In this document: positions 51,463 to 63,716 of the stretch, one piece after another
Numbering within the stretch: the stretch's first letter is position 1
Layout of the letters: each line of letters begins with the position of its first letter
DNA from: Thermostichus sp. DRC_bins_24
Lineage (GTDB): Bacteria > Cyanobacteriota > Cyanobacteriia > Thermostichales > Thermostichaceae
DNA length: 64,000 nucleotides
Direction of reading: 5' to 3'
Assembly (NCBI GenBank): GCA_039794845.1
Contig: JAUQVK010000084.1
Span: forward strand, 14,975 to 78,974
Notes under the pieces: model-generated
What the model was told of the DNA's origin: nothing
Databases searched by the model: none
Seen by the model: the letters and a program-made list of their open reading frames with translations, nothing else
Program-made: the position numbers and the translations under genes

Positions 51463-51502
51463 TGCCGCCTACACTAGGGTTTGAACTGCCGCTGGGATCC
51501 CC

Positions 51503-52489
51503 ATGGTACGACGCCGGTTGATTGTCGATTGTGACCCTGGCCAAGATGATGCTGTGGCGCTGCTGTTGGCCATGGCTTCACCGGAGGTAGAGCTGCTCGG
51601 CATTACGACGGTGGCGGGCAATGTTTCGGTCGAGCAAACCAGCAGCAATGCCCGGCGCATCTGTGAGTTGGCGGGTCATCCTGAGATGGAGGTCTACGCG
51701 GGCTGTCCCCGTCCGCTGCTGCGCCCTTTGGTGACGGCAGAGCAGGTGCACGGCAAAACCGGGATCGATGGGGCGGATCTGCCGGAGCCGAAGATGCCCT
51801 TGGGATCCCTGCATGCGGTGCAGTATCTGATCGAGACCCTGATGGCCGCTCCGGAGCCGGTTACCCTGGCATTGCTGGGCCCGATGACCAACTTGGCGGT
51901 GGCTCTGGTGCAGCAGCCACGCATTGTCGAGCACATCGAGACGCTGGTGTTCATGGGGGGATCGGCTTTTGAGGGCAATGTCACGCCGGCAGCTGAGTTC
52001 AATATCCTCACGGATCCCCATGCGGCGCAGATAGTTCTCAGTGCCGGGATCCGGGAGGTGGTGATGCTGGGGCTGAATGTCACCCATCAGGTGATCAGCA
52101 CGCCGGAGCGGATCGAGCGGATTCGCGCCCTCAATACGAAAGTTGGGCAGACGGTAGCCGCCATGCTCACTTTTTATGGCAAGCACGACATCGAGCGCTA
52201 CGGCTTGCCCGGTGGGCCTTTGCACGACCCCTGTGTGATCGCCTATTTGGTGCAGCCGCAGTTGTTTCAGGTGAAGCCCTGCTACGTGGAAGTAGAGACC
52301 GCTAGTGTTCTCAACTTGGGCCGTACGGTGGTGGACCGCTGGGGATCCAGTGGCAAGCCCGCCAATGTCCAAGTGGCATTTGGGGTGAATCCCCAGGGGT
52401 TTTACGATCTGCTCACCGAGCGCTTGGGCCAGTATCGCTTGCGTCAGCGGGACGAAGTCCACTCGCGTCAGCGGGACGAAGTCCAATGA
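51503..52489 (+). CDS. inosine/uridine-preferring nucleoside hydrolase
   Basis: DCDPGQDD, GPMTN, AEFNI..DP, LHDP. Confidence 0.93.
   Translation: MVRRRLIVDCDPGQDDAVALLLAMASPEVELLGITTVAGNVSVEQTSSNARRICELAGHPEMEVYAGCPRPLLRPLVTAEQVHGKTGIDGADLPEPKMPLGSLHAVQYLIETLMAAPEPVTLALLGPMTNLAVALVQQPRIVEHIETLVFMGGSAFEGNVTPAAEFNILTDPHAAQIVLSAGIREVVMLGLNVTHQVISTPERIERIRALNTKVGQTVAAMLTFYGKHDIERYGLPGGPLHDPCVIAYLVQPQLFQVKPCYVEVETASVLNLGRTVVDRWGSSGKPANVQVAFGVNPQGFYDLLTERLGQYRLRQRDEVHSRQRDEVQ
52441..52485. repeat. 24-bp tandem repeat x1.9
   Basis: GCGTCAGCGGGACGAAGTCCA(CTC). Confidence 0.9.
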
Positions 52490-52548
52490 ACTCAGGCGAG
52501 GTCAAGGTGGACAATCCCATTGCAGCCCAAAGACCAAAGCTGGAGTGG

Positions 52549-53076
52549 ATGAATCTACCCACCGCCGTCACCCTGCTGCGGTTGGCCGGGATCCCGTTTA
52601 TTTTGCTGGGGTTGGGCCTCAAATCTCCCCTGGGGCAAGGCCTGGCTTTGTGGGCATTTCTGTTGGCTGCCGCAACCGATTGGCTGGACGGCTATTTGGC
52701 GCGGCGCTACGGGCTGGTCACCGATGTCGGCAAGTTTCTGGATCCCTTGGTGGACAAGCTGCTGGTGTTGGCGCCGCTGCTGAGTTTGTTGGAGCTGGGG
52801 CGGATCCCGGCTTGGGGGGTTTTTTTACTGGTGGGGCGAGAACTGGCCATTGCAGGCTGGCGGGTGAACCAAACTCAGATTCGCGGGGCCAACCTCTGGG
52901 GCAAGGCGAAAACCGTGACGCAAATCCTGGCCATTGCTCTGCTGATCTTGGGGTGGCCTGGGGGGATCCCTTGTTTTTGGCTGGCAGTGCTGCTCACCTT
53001 ACTCTCAGGGTTCGTGTATTTGCGCGGTGACCATGTCGAGCCGGATCCCCCTTCGGAGGAGAGCCCCCCTGCCTGA
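52549..53076 (+). CDS. pgsA: CDP-diacylglycerol--glycerol-3-phosphate 3-phosphatidyltransferase
   Basis: [36 protein letters not shown]; alternative start 52486. Confidence 0.93.
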   Translation: MNLPTAVTLLRLAGIPFILLGLGLKSPLGQGLALWAFLLAAATDWLDGYLARRYGLVTDVGKFLDPLVDKLLVLAPLLSLLELGRIPAWGVFLLVGRELAIAGWRVNQTQIRGANLWGKAKTVTQILAIALLILGWPGGIPCFWLAVLLTLLSGFVYLRGDHVEPDPPSEESPPA

Positions 53077-53590
53077 AGCTCTCGATCCCTTGCACCCTTC
53101 GCACCCGTGGCAGGCAGAGCAGTTGATCCTCGGCCTCGATCCGGGTTTGGGCACCATGGGTTTTGGCTGCATCCTGGCGGGATCCACCGGCTTGAAAGCC
53201 ATAGATTACGGGGTGATCACCACCTCGAGCCAGCAGTCGATGCCCGAACGGTTGCAAACGCTGCACAACGACTTGCATCAGCTGCTGCACCAACTGCACC
53301 CTCACCAGGTGGGAATCGAAAAACTCTTCTTCTACAGAATGGGCAATACCATCGCTGTGGCGCAGGCCCGTGGGGTGATCTTGCTCACCTTGGCTCAGCA
53401 TCATCTGGTGCCGGTGGAGTTTACACCCGCACAGGTGAAACAAAGCCTGACAGGGTACGGGCGCGCCGACAAACACACCGTACAAACTGCCGTGGCCCGA
53501 GAACTCAACCTGCCAAGCTTGCCCCACCCTGACGATGCCGCCGATGCCCTAGCCATTGCCCTCACCGTTTGGCACCACCGCTTTCTCTAA
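53027..53590 (+). CDS. ruvC: Holliday junction resolvase
   Basis: [34 protein letters not shown]. Confidence 0.95.
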   Translation: MTMSSRIPLRRRAPLPEALDPLHPSHPWQAEQLILGLDPGLGTMGFGCILAGSTGLKAIDYGVITTSSQQSMPERLQTLHNDLHQLLHQLHPHQVGIEKLFFYRMGNTIAVAQARGVILLTLAQHHLVPVEFTPAQVKQSLTGYGRADKHTVQTAVARELNLPSLPHPDDAADALAIALTVWHHRFL

Positions 53591-53695
53591 GGATCCCAGC
53601 ACCCGTTCGGGAGAGAGTCCTGAAATCCTCGCCTTTTTGGTAAAGATCAGTAAAGGAGATGGGCTAGACTCATTACAAAGAAAAGCACAGACACT

Positions 53696-54343
53696 ATGCC
53701 TTCCTCTTCGTTGGATGTTCGTGAGTTGCCTTTGTTCCCGTTGCCGGAGGTCGTGCTGTTTCCGGGGCGCCCTCTGCCGCTGCATATTTTCGAGCCCCGC
53801 TACCGCATGATGATCAACACCATTTTGGAAACCGATCGCCGCTTCGGGGTGCTGATGTTTGATCCCCAGACGGGATCCCCGGCGCGGGTGGGCTGTTGTG
53901 CCGAAGTGTTGCAGGTGCAGCGGTTGCCGGATGATCGCATGGATATTTTGACGTTGGGTCAGCAGCGCTTCCGCCTTTTGGACTATGTGCGGGAAAAACC
54001 CTTCCGGGTGGGGCTGGTGGAATGGATCGAGGATGAGCCGACCGCTGCTGATTTGCAGGGTTTGGTGCGTCAGGTGTCTACCCTTCTGGAAGATGTGGTG
54101 CGCCTCTCGGGCAAGCTGATGGAGCGGGATACGGAACTGCCGGATCAACTGCCCACCACCCCGACGGAATTGTCCTACTGGATCGCCGGCCACTTTCATG
54201 GGGCACCGCAGGAGCAGCAGGCCCTACTGGAAATGCTCAGCACCGAAAGCCGTCTGCGACGGGAAGAGGAAATTCTCGAGTCCACCCGTAAGCACCTGGC
54301 CGCCCGCACTGCCCTTAAGGATTTGTTTACCGAGATCTCGTAA
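53696..54343 (+). CDS. LON peptidase substrate-binding domain protein
   Basis: LPLFPLPEVVLFPG..LPLHIFEPRYR. Confidence 0.9.
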   Translation: MPSSSLDVRELPLFPLPEVVLFPGRPLPLHIFEPRYRMMINTILETDRRFGVLMFDPQTGSPARVGCCAEVLQVQRLPDDRMDILTLGQQRFRLLDYVREKPFRVGLVEWIEDEPTAADLQGLVRQVSTLLEDVVRLSGKLMERDTELPDQLPTTPTELSYWIAGHFHGAPQEQQALLEMLSTESRLRREEEILESTRKHLAARTALKDLFTEIS

Positions 54344-54553
54344 ACTACCCAACGCAATGCCTAGCGGCAGGCTCACGCCAACACCTCACAGGTAGGGCGC
54401 GGGGCTCCTGCGAGTCAAGCTGGAGCGGATCAACTCAACTCAAATCAGAATCAACCTCAAATTTTTGCCCATTGGTCGAAGAGAAACTGCCGGGACTTGT
54501 GTCGAGCAGGACAAAGCCTGGTATATCTTCAGAGGATCTCTTCTCCGGTTCCC

Positions 54554-55285
54554 ATGTCCTATCCCCGCCGTTATTTGCGTTTCCCCTCTCAGATCCTGGG
54601 CCGGGAAATGGAGATGCTTCACTTTGGGCATCAGGGTTACCCGCTGATCTGTCTGCCCACCAGCCGAGGGCGGTTTTTCGACCTGGAGGATCGCGGCATT
54701 ATCGCCAGCCTTGGCCACCACTTGGAACAGGGCTACCTACAAGCCTTTTGTGTGGAGACCCTGGATTGGGAGACCTTTTTCAACCGTGAGCTGGAATTGC
54801 CCCAACGGCGGGATCGCTGGCTACTGCTGGAACAGCACTGGGTGGAGGAGCTGATCCCCTATGCCAAGGAAACAGCCCAGAACGACTTTTTGGTGGTGGC
54901 GGGCTTTTCGTTGGGGGCAACCCATGCAGTTAATCTTACCTGTCGTCATCCGGGCCTGGTACGGCGCTGCCTGGCTTTGGGGGGGCCCTATGATGTGGCT
55001 GCCTTGGGCACCATTACCGGCTGGGATCCGCAGCAGGCCGAACAGGAGCTGTATTTCATCAACCCCCTCGCCTATATGTCGAATATGAGCCGGAAACTGT
55101 GGGACCAACTGGGGGGGCGCAAAACCGACCTGAAGCTGCTCACCGCCCACCACGACCACTGCCTGAACGACAATCTGCGCCTGTCGGAGGTGCTCAACCG
55201 CAACAGCATCCCCCATCAACTGGAGGTGTGGGAGGGGGATCACGACTGGCCCACTTGGCAAGCGCAAATCCGGGCCTTCGCGTAG
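54554..55285 (+). CDS. alpha/beta-hydrolase esterase
   Basis: SQILGREM..FGHQGYP..PTS.G, GFSLG nucleophile, HDWPTW. Confidence 0.85.
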   Translation: MSYPRRYLRFPSQILGREMEMLHFGHQGYPLICLPTSRGRFFDLEDRGIIASLGHHLEQGYLQAFCVETLDWETFFNRELELPQRRDRWLLLEQHWVEELIPYAKETAQNDFLVVAGFSLGATHAVNLTCRHPGLVRRCLALGGPYDVAALGTITGWDPQQAEQELYFINPLAYMSNMSRKLWDQLGGRKTDLKLLTAHHDHCLNDNLRLSEVLNRNSIPHQLEVWEGDHDWPTWQAQIRAFA

Positions 55286-55315
55286 GATCCCCTATGTGAC
55301 GTGAAGAGAAGAACG

Positions 55316-56407
55316 ATGACAGAAGACTACTGGATCGGCAGTCTGCACTTTAGCGAGCCCTTTGGGGATGACACCGTAGCACGGCTCAACGCGCTCCCGC
55401 CCATCTCTGCCGGTAACGGCCAAACCTACAAGATCCGTGCCGAACACGTCACCATCCACGAAGTTAATCTCGATTACCGCACCAAATATCGCCTGATCTT
55501 GGATCGGTTTAGTTACCTGTATCCCCAGGCGATTGGGCTGTTCATGGGCTTTGCCTTTCAGGGGGTTTACCTCATCAATAATCCCTTCAGCTTCTACTAT
55601 TATTTGCGTAACAAAGATGCCGCCTACATGGTGGTCAAGGAGCTGGGCATTTCCATTCCCAAAACCTACATCCTACCCCCCAAAGAGGCTCCGGCCCTCC
55701 ACGGCGACGATTTTAAGTACCACAAGTTTTTCGATTGGCAGGGGATGACAGAAGAGCTGGGCTGGCAGCGTGTGATCAAACCTGCCGAAGGGCGGGAGGC
55801 AATCGGGGTGGAGCTGGCCCACAATATGGATCAACTGCTGTACCTGTATAACCATTCGGGAGCCCAGGTGATGATGATCCAGGAGAAGGTAAAAACCCCC
55901 TATCCCTGGCAAATTCGTGCCTTGTGTATTGGCCGAAAGATTATCCCCATCAAATATATTTTCCGCAAGATGGACGCCAGTGAGTATCTCTTTGATCCTG
56001 AGTTTCTCAGTCCGGAACTGGGCAAAAAGGTGATTGATACCTGTCGAATCATCAACCGGGTCTTGGGCTACGAGATGAACTCTGTGGAGATGTTTATTGA
56101 TGAGCAGGGGGAACTGCAGGCGATCGATTTCAACAACCCGGTGCCGGATGGTCGCCTTAAAGCCCTGGGAGAAATCTTTTACAACGATTATCAGCAGGCC
56201 CTTTGTGACTTGGTGGTGGATATTGTGCGGGAACAGCGCTCTTTTGATTTCTTGCCCCCCGACATCAACCACTTCGCCCAGATTGCCCGTCGTCCTGATC
56301 TCAGCCGTGAGCAAAAGTTTCAGGCGGCTCTGGAGCTGGCCAACCGCTACTACGAGCCGAGGGATCCCGACCAAATCTCGCCTTCCAACGTCACGAAAGG
56401 GCTGTAA
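55316..56407 (+). CDS. RimK/GshB-like ATP-grasp ligase
   Basis: INNPF, PKTYILP, VIKP..G, MIQEKV, IDFNNPVPD. Confidence 0.8.
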   Translation: MTEDYWIGSLHFSEPFGDDTVARLNALPPISAGNGQTYKIRAEHVTIHEVNLDYRTKYRLILDRFSYLYPQAIGLFMGFAFQGVYLINNPFSFYYYLRNKDAAYMVVKELGISIPKTYILPPKEAPALHGDDFKYHKFFDWQGMTEELGWQRVIKPAEGREAIGVELAHNMDQLLYLYNHSGAQVMMIQEKVKTPYPWQIRALCIGRKIIPIKYIFRKMDASEYLFDPEFLSPELGKKVIDTCRIINRVLGYEMNSVEMFIDEQGELQAIDFNNPVPDGRLKALGEIFYNDYQQALCDLVVDIVREQRSFDFLPPDINHFAQIARRPDLSREQKFQAALELANRYYEPRDPDQISPSNVTKGL

Positions 56408-56513
56408 GTGCAAGTTAGTAAGTGCAAGTTGGTGGTAGACCGATCAGGCGAGTCTGGCCTGTTACCCTATAGGGTGATTCTGCACTTGTTACAACCCTTT
56501 ACCACCTCTGCCC

Positions 56514-59255
<2,742 letters not shown>

Positions 59256-59435
59256 GCTGGTGGGCCAATCTGGTCGGTGGGATGGTTAACCCTGTTAGGC
59301 AGCCCTTGACCACTTGGCAAATCTTGAGGACGCGGTTCTGGCTCTGTGCTATGCTGTGATTCGAGATTCTTTTCGGTTGCAGTGTTCGTTTCTTCTGGTC
59401 TTGACGGGTTTTCACGTTTCGTATTGGCAGACGGC

Positions 59436-59478
59436 TCTCCGAACATCTCAGTTCTTGTGACTCTCTCTCTTTCGGAGA
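59436..59478 (+). promoter_or_regulatory. rbp 5'-UTR inverted repeat
   Basis: TCTCCGAA (59436-59443) pairs with TTCGGAGA (59471-59478), which covers the RBS. Confidence 0.65.
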
Positions 59479-59485
59479 TCTGTTT

Positions 59486-59788
59486 ATGTCGATTTATGTC
59501 GGTAACCTTTCCTTCAAGGTGAAGGAAGCGGATTTGGTGGCTGTTTTTGCGGAATACGGTTCTGTAAAGCGTGTGCAGATTCCTGCTGACCGTGAAACAG
59601 GCCGTATTCGTGGTTTTGGTTTTGTGGAAATGAGCTCGGACGCCGAGGAAGAGGCGGCCATTGCTGCTCTGGATGGGGCGGAATGGATGGGGCGCGACCT
59701 CAAGGTGAACAAAGCTCGTCCTCGGGAAGAACGTCCTGCTTTTGGTGGAGCTAGCGATCGTCGCCGGACTTTTCAGTCTCGCCGATGA
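59486..59788 (+). CDS. rbp: RRM RNA-binding protein (Rbp family)
   Basis: MSIYVGNLS (RNP2), RGFGFVEM (RNP1), WMGRDLKVNKARPR. Confidence 0.95.
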   Translation: MSIYVGNLSFKVKEADLVAVFAEYGSVKRVQIPADRETGRIRGFGFVEMSSDAEEEAAIAALDGAEWMGRDLKVNKARPREERPAFGGASDRRRTFQSRR

Positions 59789-59909
59789 GCTGAAAGCTCA
59801 AGGTTGGGCACCCGATTGAACGAGCGGTAATCCTCGAATTCCTTCGGATCTGAATTCGTTCTTTGCCTATCTGCTAAGGAGTTGATTGGGGGATCTTTGG
59901 GGATCCCGG

Positions 59910-62111
59910 TCAGCTCCTTTTTTCCGGCCAGGGATCCGTTAAATTGACACTCAGGGGATCCCATTCCCAGCCCCAATCCTGGGCGATGGCTTGGGTAAGG
60001 CCCAGTTGCCCGTTGCCGGGGTAGCGGGCCAGGGCGGCCACCAAATCGATCAGTTGCTCCCCCGAGGGGGTACGGCCAAAAATGTGTAAGCCATCTCGAA
60101 TTTGCGCTTCTTTCAACTCACACAAATAGCCATCCAGTCGGTTCAGGTCGGCTTCGGTCTCCAAGCGGAAGCGTTCATCCAGATGTTCTGCTTGGGCGAG
60201 CTGCTGAATTTGGGCACGAATGACAGGGCACCGGCTGGGATCCAGTTGCTCGGCGGCGACATATTCATCCATCAGCCGTTCCAGCTCTGCCAAGGGGCCG
60301 TACAGTTCCGCCCGCGTCAGGGGTGGGGTGAGATGATCGAGAATCACCGCCTGGGCCCGCCGCTTGGCCTGGGATCCCTCCCCCGGATCGTTGACGATAA
60401 AGGGGTAAAAGTGCGGTATCGGCCCCAAGGCAATTTCGGGGTAACAGGTGGCCGAAAGGGCGGATCCCTTGCCGGGGAGCCATTCCAGATTGCCGTGCTT
60501 GCCCACATGCACCATCGCCTGCACCCCAAACTCCTGCCTCAGCCACAGGTAAAACGCCAAGTACTCATGGGGAGGCACCAGATCGGGAGCATGGTAATTC
60601 AAAGAGGGATCCCGGTCATAGCCGCGGGGGGGTTGAATGCCAACAAACACCTGCCCCAGTTGGATCCCTACAATTCCCATCTCTTGACGGGGCGGATCCC
60701 CCCATTGCTGGATTAGGGCTGTTTGAACGGGGTCGGGCAGTTGCTCAAGCCACTGCCGGTAAACTTCCCCAGAAAGCGATTGCTGAACCGGGCGCAGGGC
60801 TCCAAGCGGATCGTAGGTTTGACCGGTGGTAAGCCAGCCAATCAGTTCATCCCCCGTTTGGGGTAGGCGAGGGATCCGGTAACCCGCTTCTGACAAGGCC
60901 CTGAGAATTTCCACACAACTGGCGGGGGTATCCAGCCCTACCCCATTGGCCAGCCGCCCATCCCGGTTGGGGTAATTGGCCAGGATCAGGGCCAATCGCC
61001 GCTCTGAAATGGGGGTACGCCGTAACTTCACCCAATTGGCCGCCAGCTCCGCCACGAATGCCACCCGATCCGGCATGGCCTCGTAAGCCATCACCTCCGT
61101 TTGTAGCTGGGGATCCGCTTTCTGGGCAGCTTTGAAGGAAATCGCTCGGCTGATGATCCGCCCATCCACCTCCGGCAGAGCCACATTCATGGCCAGATCC
61201 CGCGCCCCCAGACCCCGGGTAGAATCTTGCCACGTTTGTTGGGATCCCCCACTGAGAATCACCTGGATTACGGGCACATCCAGCTCCTGCCACAGCGCCA
61301 CATTGGGCTGATCACTGTCCAGCCGTGCCAGGGAAAAACTGGTGGTGTTGAGCAACAGTTCAATTTGCCCGCCGAAATGATCCCGAATCGCCTGGGGTAA
61401 ATCCGGTTCCTGCAGACCATAGGTATAGAGACACAGGGGCTGTAACCCCCGCTCCACCAAAGCTGCCGCCAGTTGATCCACCGGCTCTGTATTGCCCGCC
61501 AACACATGGGCACGGTAGAGCAAAATCCCGACCTTAGGGGCTTCAAGATTTCCTTCTTGAGGGGGTGAATAAATCCCCAGTCGGGGCAACACCTGCGGAT
61601 CCGGGACGGGATAGTCGTAGCCCAACTCCTCTTTGGCCAAAAAGAGGAGGCTGTTGGCGATATTTTCGGCTCCCCCCTCCAGCCAGTACCGCCACACCCG
61701 ATCCGCCACGAACAACGGCACAGTGGAATGGCCGACCAAATCCCAATCGGGACGATCATCCCCCGGCATAACGATAAGGGTGGATCCCTCCTCGGCTGCC
61801 ACCTGTTTGGCCACCTCCAGGCCATAGCTCCAGTAAGCTCTTCCCCCCAGTAAGCGAATCAGGATGAGCCGTGCCCGCCGCAAGATCTTCTCGGCATAGT
61901 CATCAATGCTCAAGGGCTGTTGCAACTGCAGCACATTGGCCGCCCGTACCGCCGGGAACCCCTCCGGCAATAAACTCATGGCTTTGCTCAAGGCCGTTAA
62001 ATCGGTATCGGCTGCCGAAAGGATGACCACCGGCGCCGGATCCTGTTCCAGAAAAATTACCCCTTCTGTAGAGGGATCCCAGCCCCCCGGTAGGGCCGCC
62101 ACTCGATGCAT
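59910..62111 (-). CDS. cobN: cobaltochelatase CobN, N-terminal part only (733 aa)
   Basis: MHRVAALPGG, LSAADTDL, VALPEVDGRI, GKHGNLEWLPGK, QIRDGLHIFG; stops soon after this last motif. Confidence 0.85.
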   Translation of the reverse strand: MHRVAALPGGWDPSTEGVIFLEQDPAPVVILSAADTDLTALSKAMSLLPEGFPAVRAANVLQLQQPLSIDDYAEKILRRARLILIRLLGGRAYWSYGLEVAKQVAAEEGSTLIVMPGDDRPDWDLVGHSTVPLFVADRVWRYWLEGGAENIANSLLFLAKEELGYDYPVPDPQVLPRLGIYSPPQEGNLEAPKVGILLYRAHVLAGNTEPVDQLAAALVERGLQPLCLYTYGLQEPDLPQAIRDHFGGQIELLLNTTSFSLARLDSDQPNVALWQELDVPVIQVILSGGSQQTWQDSTRGLGARDLAMNVALPEVDGRIISRAISFKAAQKADPQLQTEVMAYEAMPDRVAFVAELAANWVKLRRTPISERRLALILANYPNRDGRLANGVGLDTPASCVEILRALSEAGYRIPRLPQTGDELIGWLTTGQTYDPLGALRPVQQSLSGEVYRQWLEQLPDPVQTALIQQWGDPPRQEMGIVGIQLGQVFVGIQPPRGYDRDPSLNYHAPDLVPPHEYLAFYLWLRQEFGVQAMVHVGKHGNLEWLPGKGSALSATCYPEIALGPIPHFYPFIVNDPGEGSQAKRRAQAVILDHLTPPLTRAELYGPLAELERLMDEYVAAEQLDPSRCPVIRAQIQQLAQAEHLDERFRLETEADLNRLDGYLCELKEAQIRDGLHIFGRTPSGEQLIDLVAALARYPGNGQLGLTQAIAQDWGWEWDPLSVNLTDPWPEKRS

Positions 62112-62117
62112 AAAACC

Positions 62118-62630
62118 CTAGTTCACCCAATCCTCTCGCTCCAGACGATACACCATACACTCATCCAGGCCAAACTGACGCCGTTCCATAGGCTTAAACC
62201 CAAGCCGCTCATAAAATCGGCGGGCACGGATATTGCTCACCAAGGGATCCACCAAAACCGCCTCAACCTGCGGGTCAGCAAAGCATCTCTTCAAAGCCAA
62301 TTGCATCATTTGGGTTCCATATCCCTTCCCCAGATGGGATCCCTCTCCGATCCAAATGTCAATAGCCCGTAGATGAGGGGATACCTCGCCCCAGTAGTGA
62401 CTTTCCTCTTGAGCAGGATCGATGATCTGCACAAAGCCAATCGCTAGGCCATCCACCTCTGCCATCCATTGCTCTCGCCAGGAATAGCGCTTGCCCAACT
62501 CGGTTTCCCAGCCCCAATCATCATTGGGATCAGAAGCAACAATATGGGGTTCTTGATCCCAACGCTGCAACAACTCCAAATCTTCGAGGGTGGCAGGGCG
62601 GAACTTCACAACAGCAGATGACAAAATCAT
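62118..62630 (-). CDS. GNAT acetyltransferase, AAC(6')-like
   Basis: AIDIWIGE..LGKGYGT, DPLVSN.RARRFYERLGF. Confidence 0.85.
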   Translation of the reverse strand: MILSSAVVKFRPATLEDLELLQRWDQEPHIVASDPNDDWGWETELGKRYSWREQWMAEVDGLAIGFVQIIDPAQEESHYWGEVSPHLRAIDIWIGEGSHLGKGYGTQMMQLALKRCFADPQVEAVLVDPLVSNIRARRFYERLGFKPMERRQFGLDECMVYRLEREDWVN

Positions 62631-62741
62631 GCTCCTGTTCACAATCTTTCAGCAAAACCGTAGTTTTCCCAGACAATGCTAGCGTGGTTGCGAGTGGGTA
62701 ACGATACCAATCTGTAAGGATCGGTTCAATCTAGCCTCTGA

Positions 62742-63518
62742 TTAAGCTACCTGTGCCGTAGGCTCTGCACTTGCAAGAGTTGTTGCAAAACGCGGCGAAA
62801 GGTGAAGGGCTGCCCGTACAAACTCTTGAAAAAGGCGAAAGTGCTCGGCCTCTTCAAAGGTGAACTCTGGATGCCACTGAACGGCCACCGCCCAAGGATG
62901 GGTTTCGTGCTCGATGGCCTCAATGAGCTCATCCGTAGAACGGGCGGACAACCGCCAACCCTTTGGCACATCACGAATGGCCTGATGATGCCAAGATACC
63001 ACCGAGATTTCCTCCGCACCGGTGATTTGATGCAGTCGGGTGGAGCGGATCAAGCTGACCTTGTGGCGAATGGGTTTGCGATCCTCTGGATTGAAATGAT
63101 CCAACTCATCGTACACATCAGGCACATGCGGGATCAGTTTGCCGCCACTGACTACATTTAACAGCTGCATACCCCGGCAAATCCCCAAGACAGGGATCCC
63201 CTGGGCCATCACCGCTTCAGCCAAGGCGACCTCAAATTGATCCCGCTCCGAGTTCACATAGCGCACCTTGGGATGACCGGGATCCTCTCCATACGTGCTG
63301 GGACAGAGATCGCCACCGCCGGTCAACACCAAGCCATCCACCAAAGATATCAAGACCTGAGGTTCGCTTTCCCCAGGAGGGAATAGGATTGGGATCCCAC
63401 CGGCAGCCCGTATGGCATCCACATATCGACCGGGCGCAACAAAATGGCCATCGTCGTCGCGATTGCGTGTGGTAACGCCGATCAGCGGTCGATTCAAAAG
63501 CGGCAGAGTTCGTTTCAT
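62742..63518 (-). CDS. peptidase C26 / gamma-glutamyl-GABA hydrolase (PuuD-like)
   Basis: LTGGGDL, LGICRGMQ, SWHHQAI, VQWHPE. Confidence 0.9.
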   Translation of the reverse strand: MKRTLPLLNRPLIGVTTRNRDDDGHFVAPGRYVDAIRAAGGIPILFPPGESEPQVLISLVDGLVLTGGGDLCPSTYGEDPGHPKVRYVNSERDQFEVALAEAVMAQGIPVLGICRGMQLLNVVSGGKLIPHVPDVYDELDHFNPEDRKPIRHKVSLIRSTRLHQITGAEEISVVSWHHQAIRDVPKGWRLSARSTDELIEAIEHETHPWAVAVQWHPEFTFEEAEHFRLFQEFVRAALHLSPRFATTLASAEPTAQVA

Positions 63519-63535
63519 CCCTATACGATAACCCC

Positions 63536-63629
63536 ATCGCGTTAGCGGTGCGGAGCACAATCGCGTTAGCGGTGCGGAGCACAATCGCGTTAGCGGTGCG
63601 GAGCACAATCGCGTTAGCGGTGCAGAGCA
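63536..63629. repeat. 24-bp tandem repeat x3.9
   Basis: ATCGCGTTAGCGGTGCGGAGCACA. Confidence 0.92.
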
Positions 63630-63716
63630 GGATTTTCCGATGCTATGTGGAGGGGTTTCTCAGAAAGGTGGCATAAATCACTGAAATAAGGAGTTGTCTA
63701 ATATGTGCAAGTATGT

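Noticed and set aside
53027..53590. RuvC as a TnpB/Cas12-type effector
   Set aside because: It is a short canonical Holliday junction resolvase in a housekeeping context.
62118..62630. Acquired aminoglycoside resistance gene
   Set aside because: AAC(6')-like GNAT fold only. There is no integron or mobile context, and the substrate cannot be inferred.
63519..63608. Repetitive N-terminus (LCSAPLTR)n on the C26 hydrolase
   Set aside because: It is a translation of the 24-bp DNA repeat, and the likely start is ATG 63518.
63536..63629. 24-bp repeats as a CRISPR array
   Set aside because: Head-to-tail copies without unique spacers.
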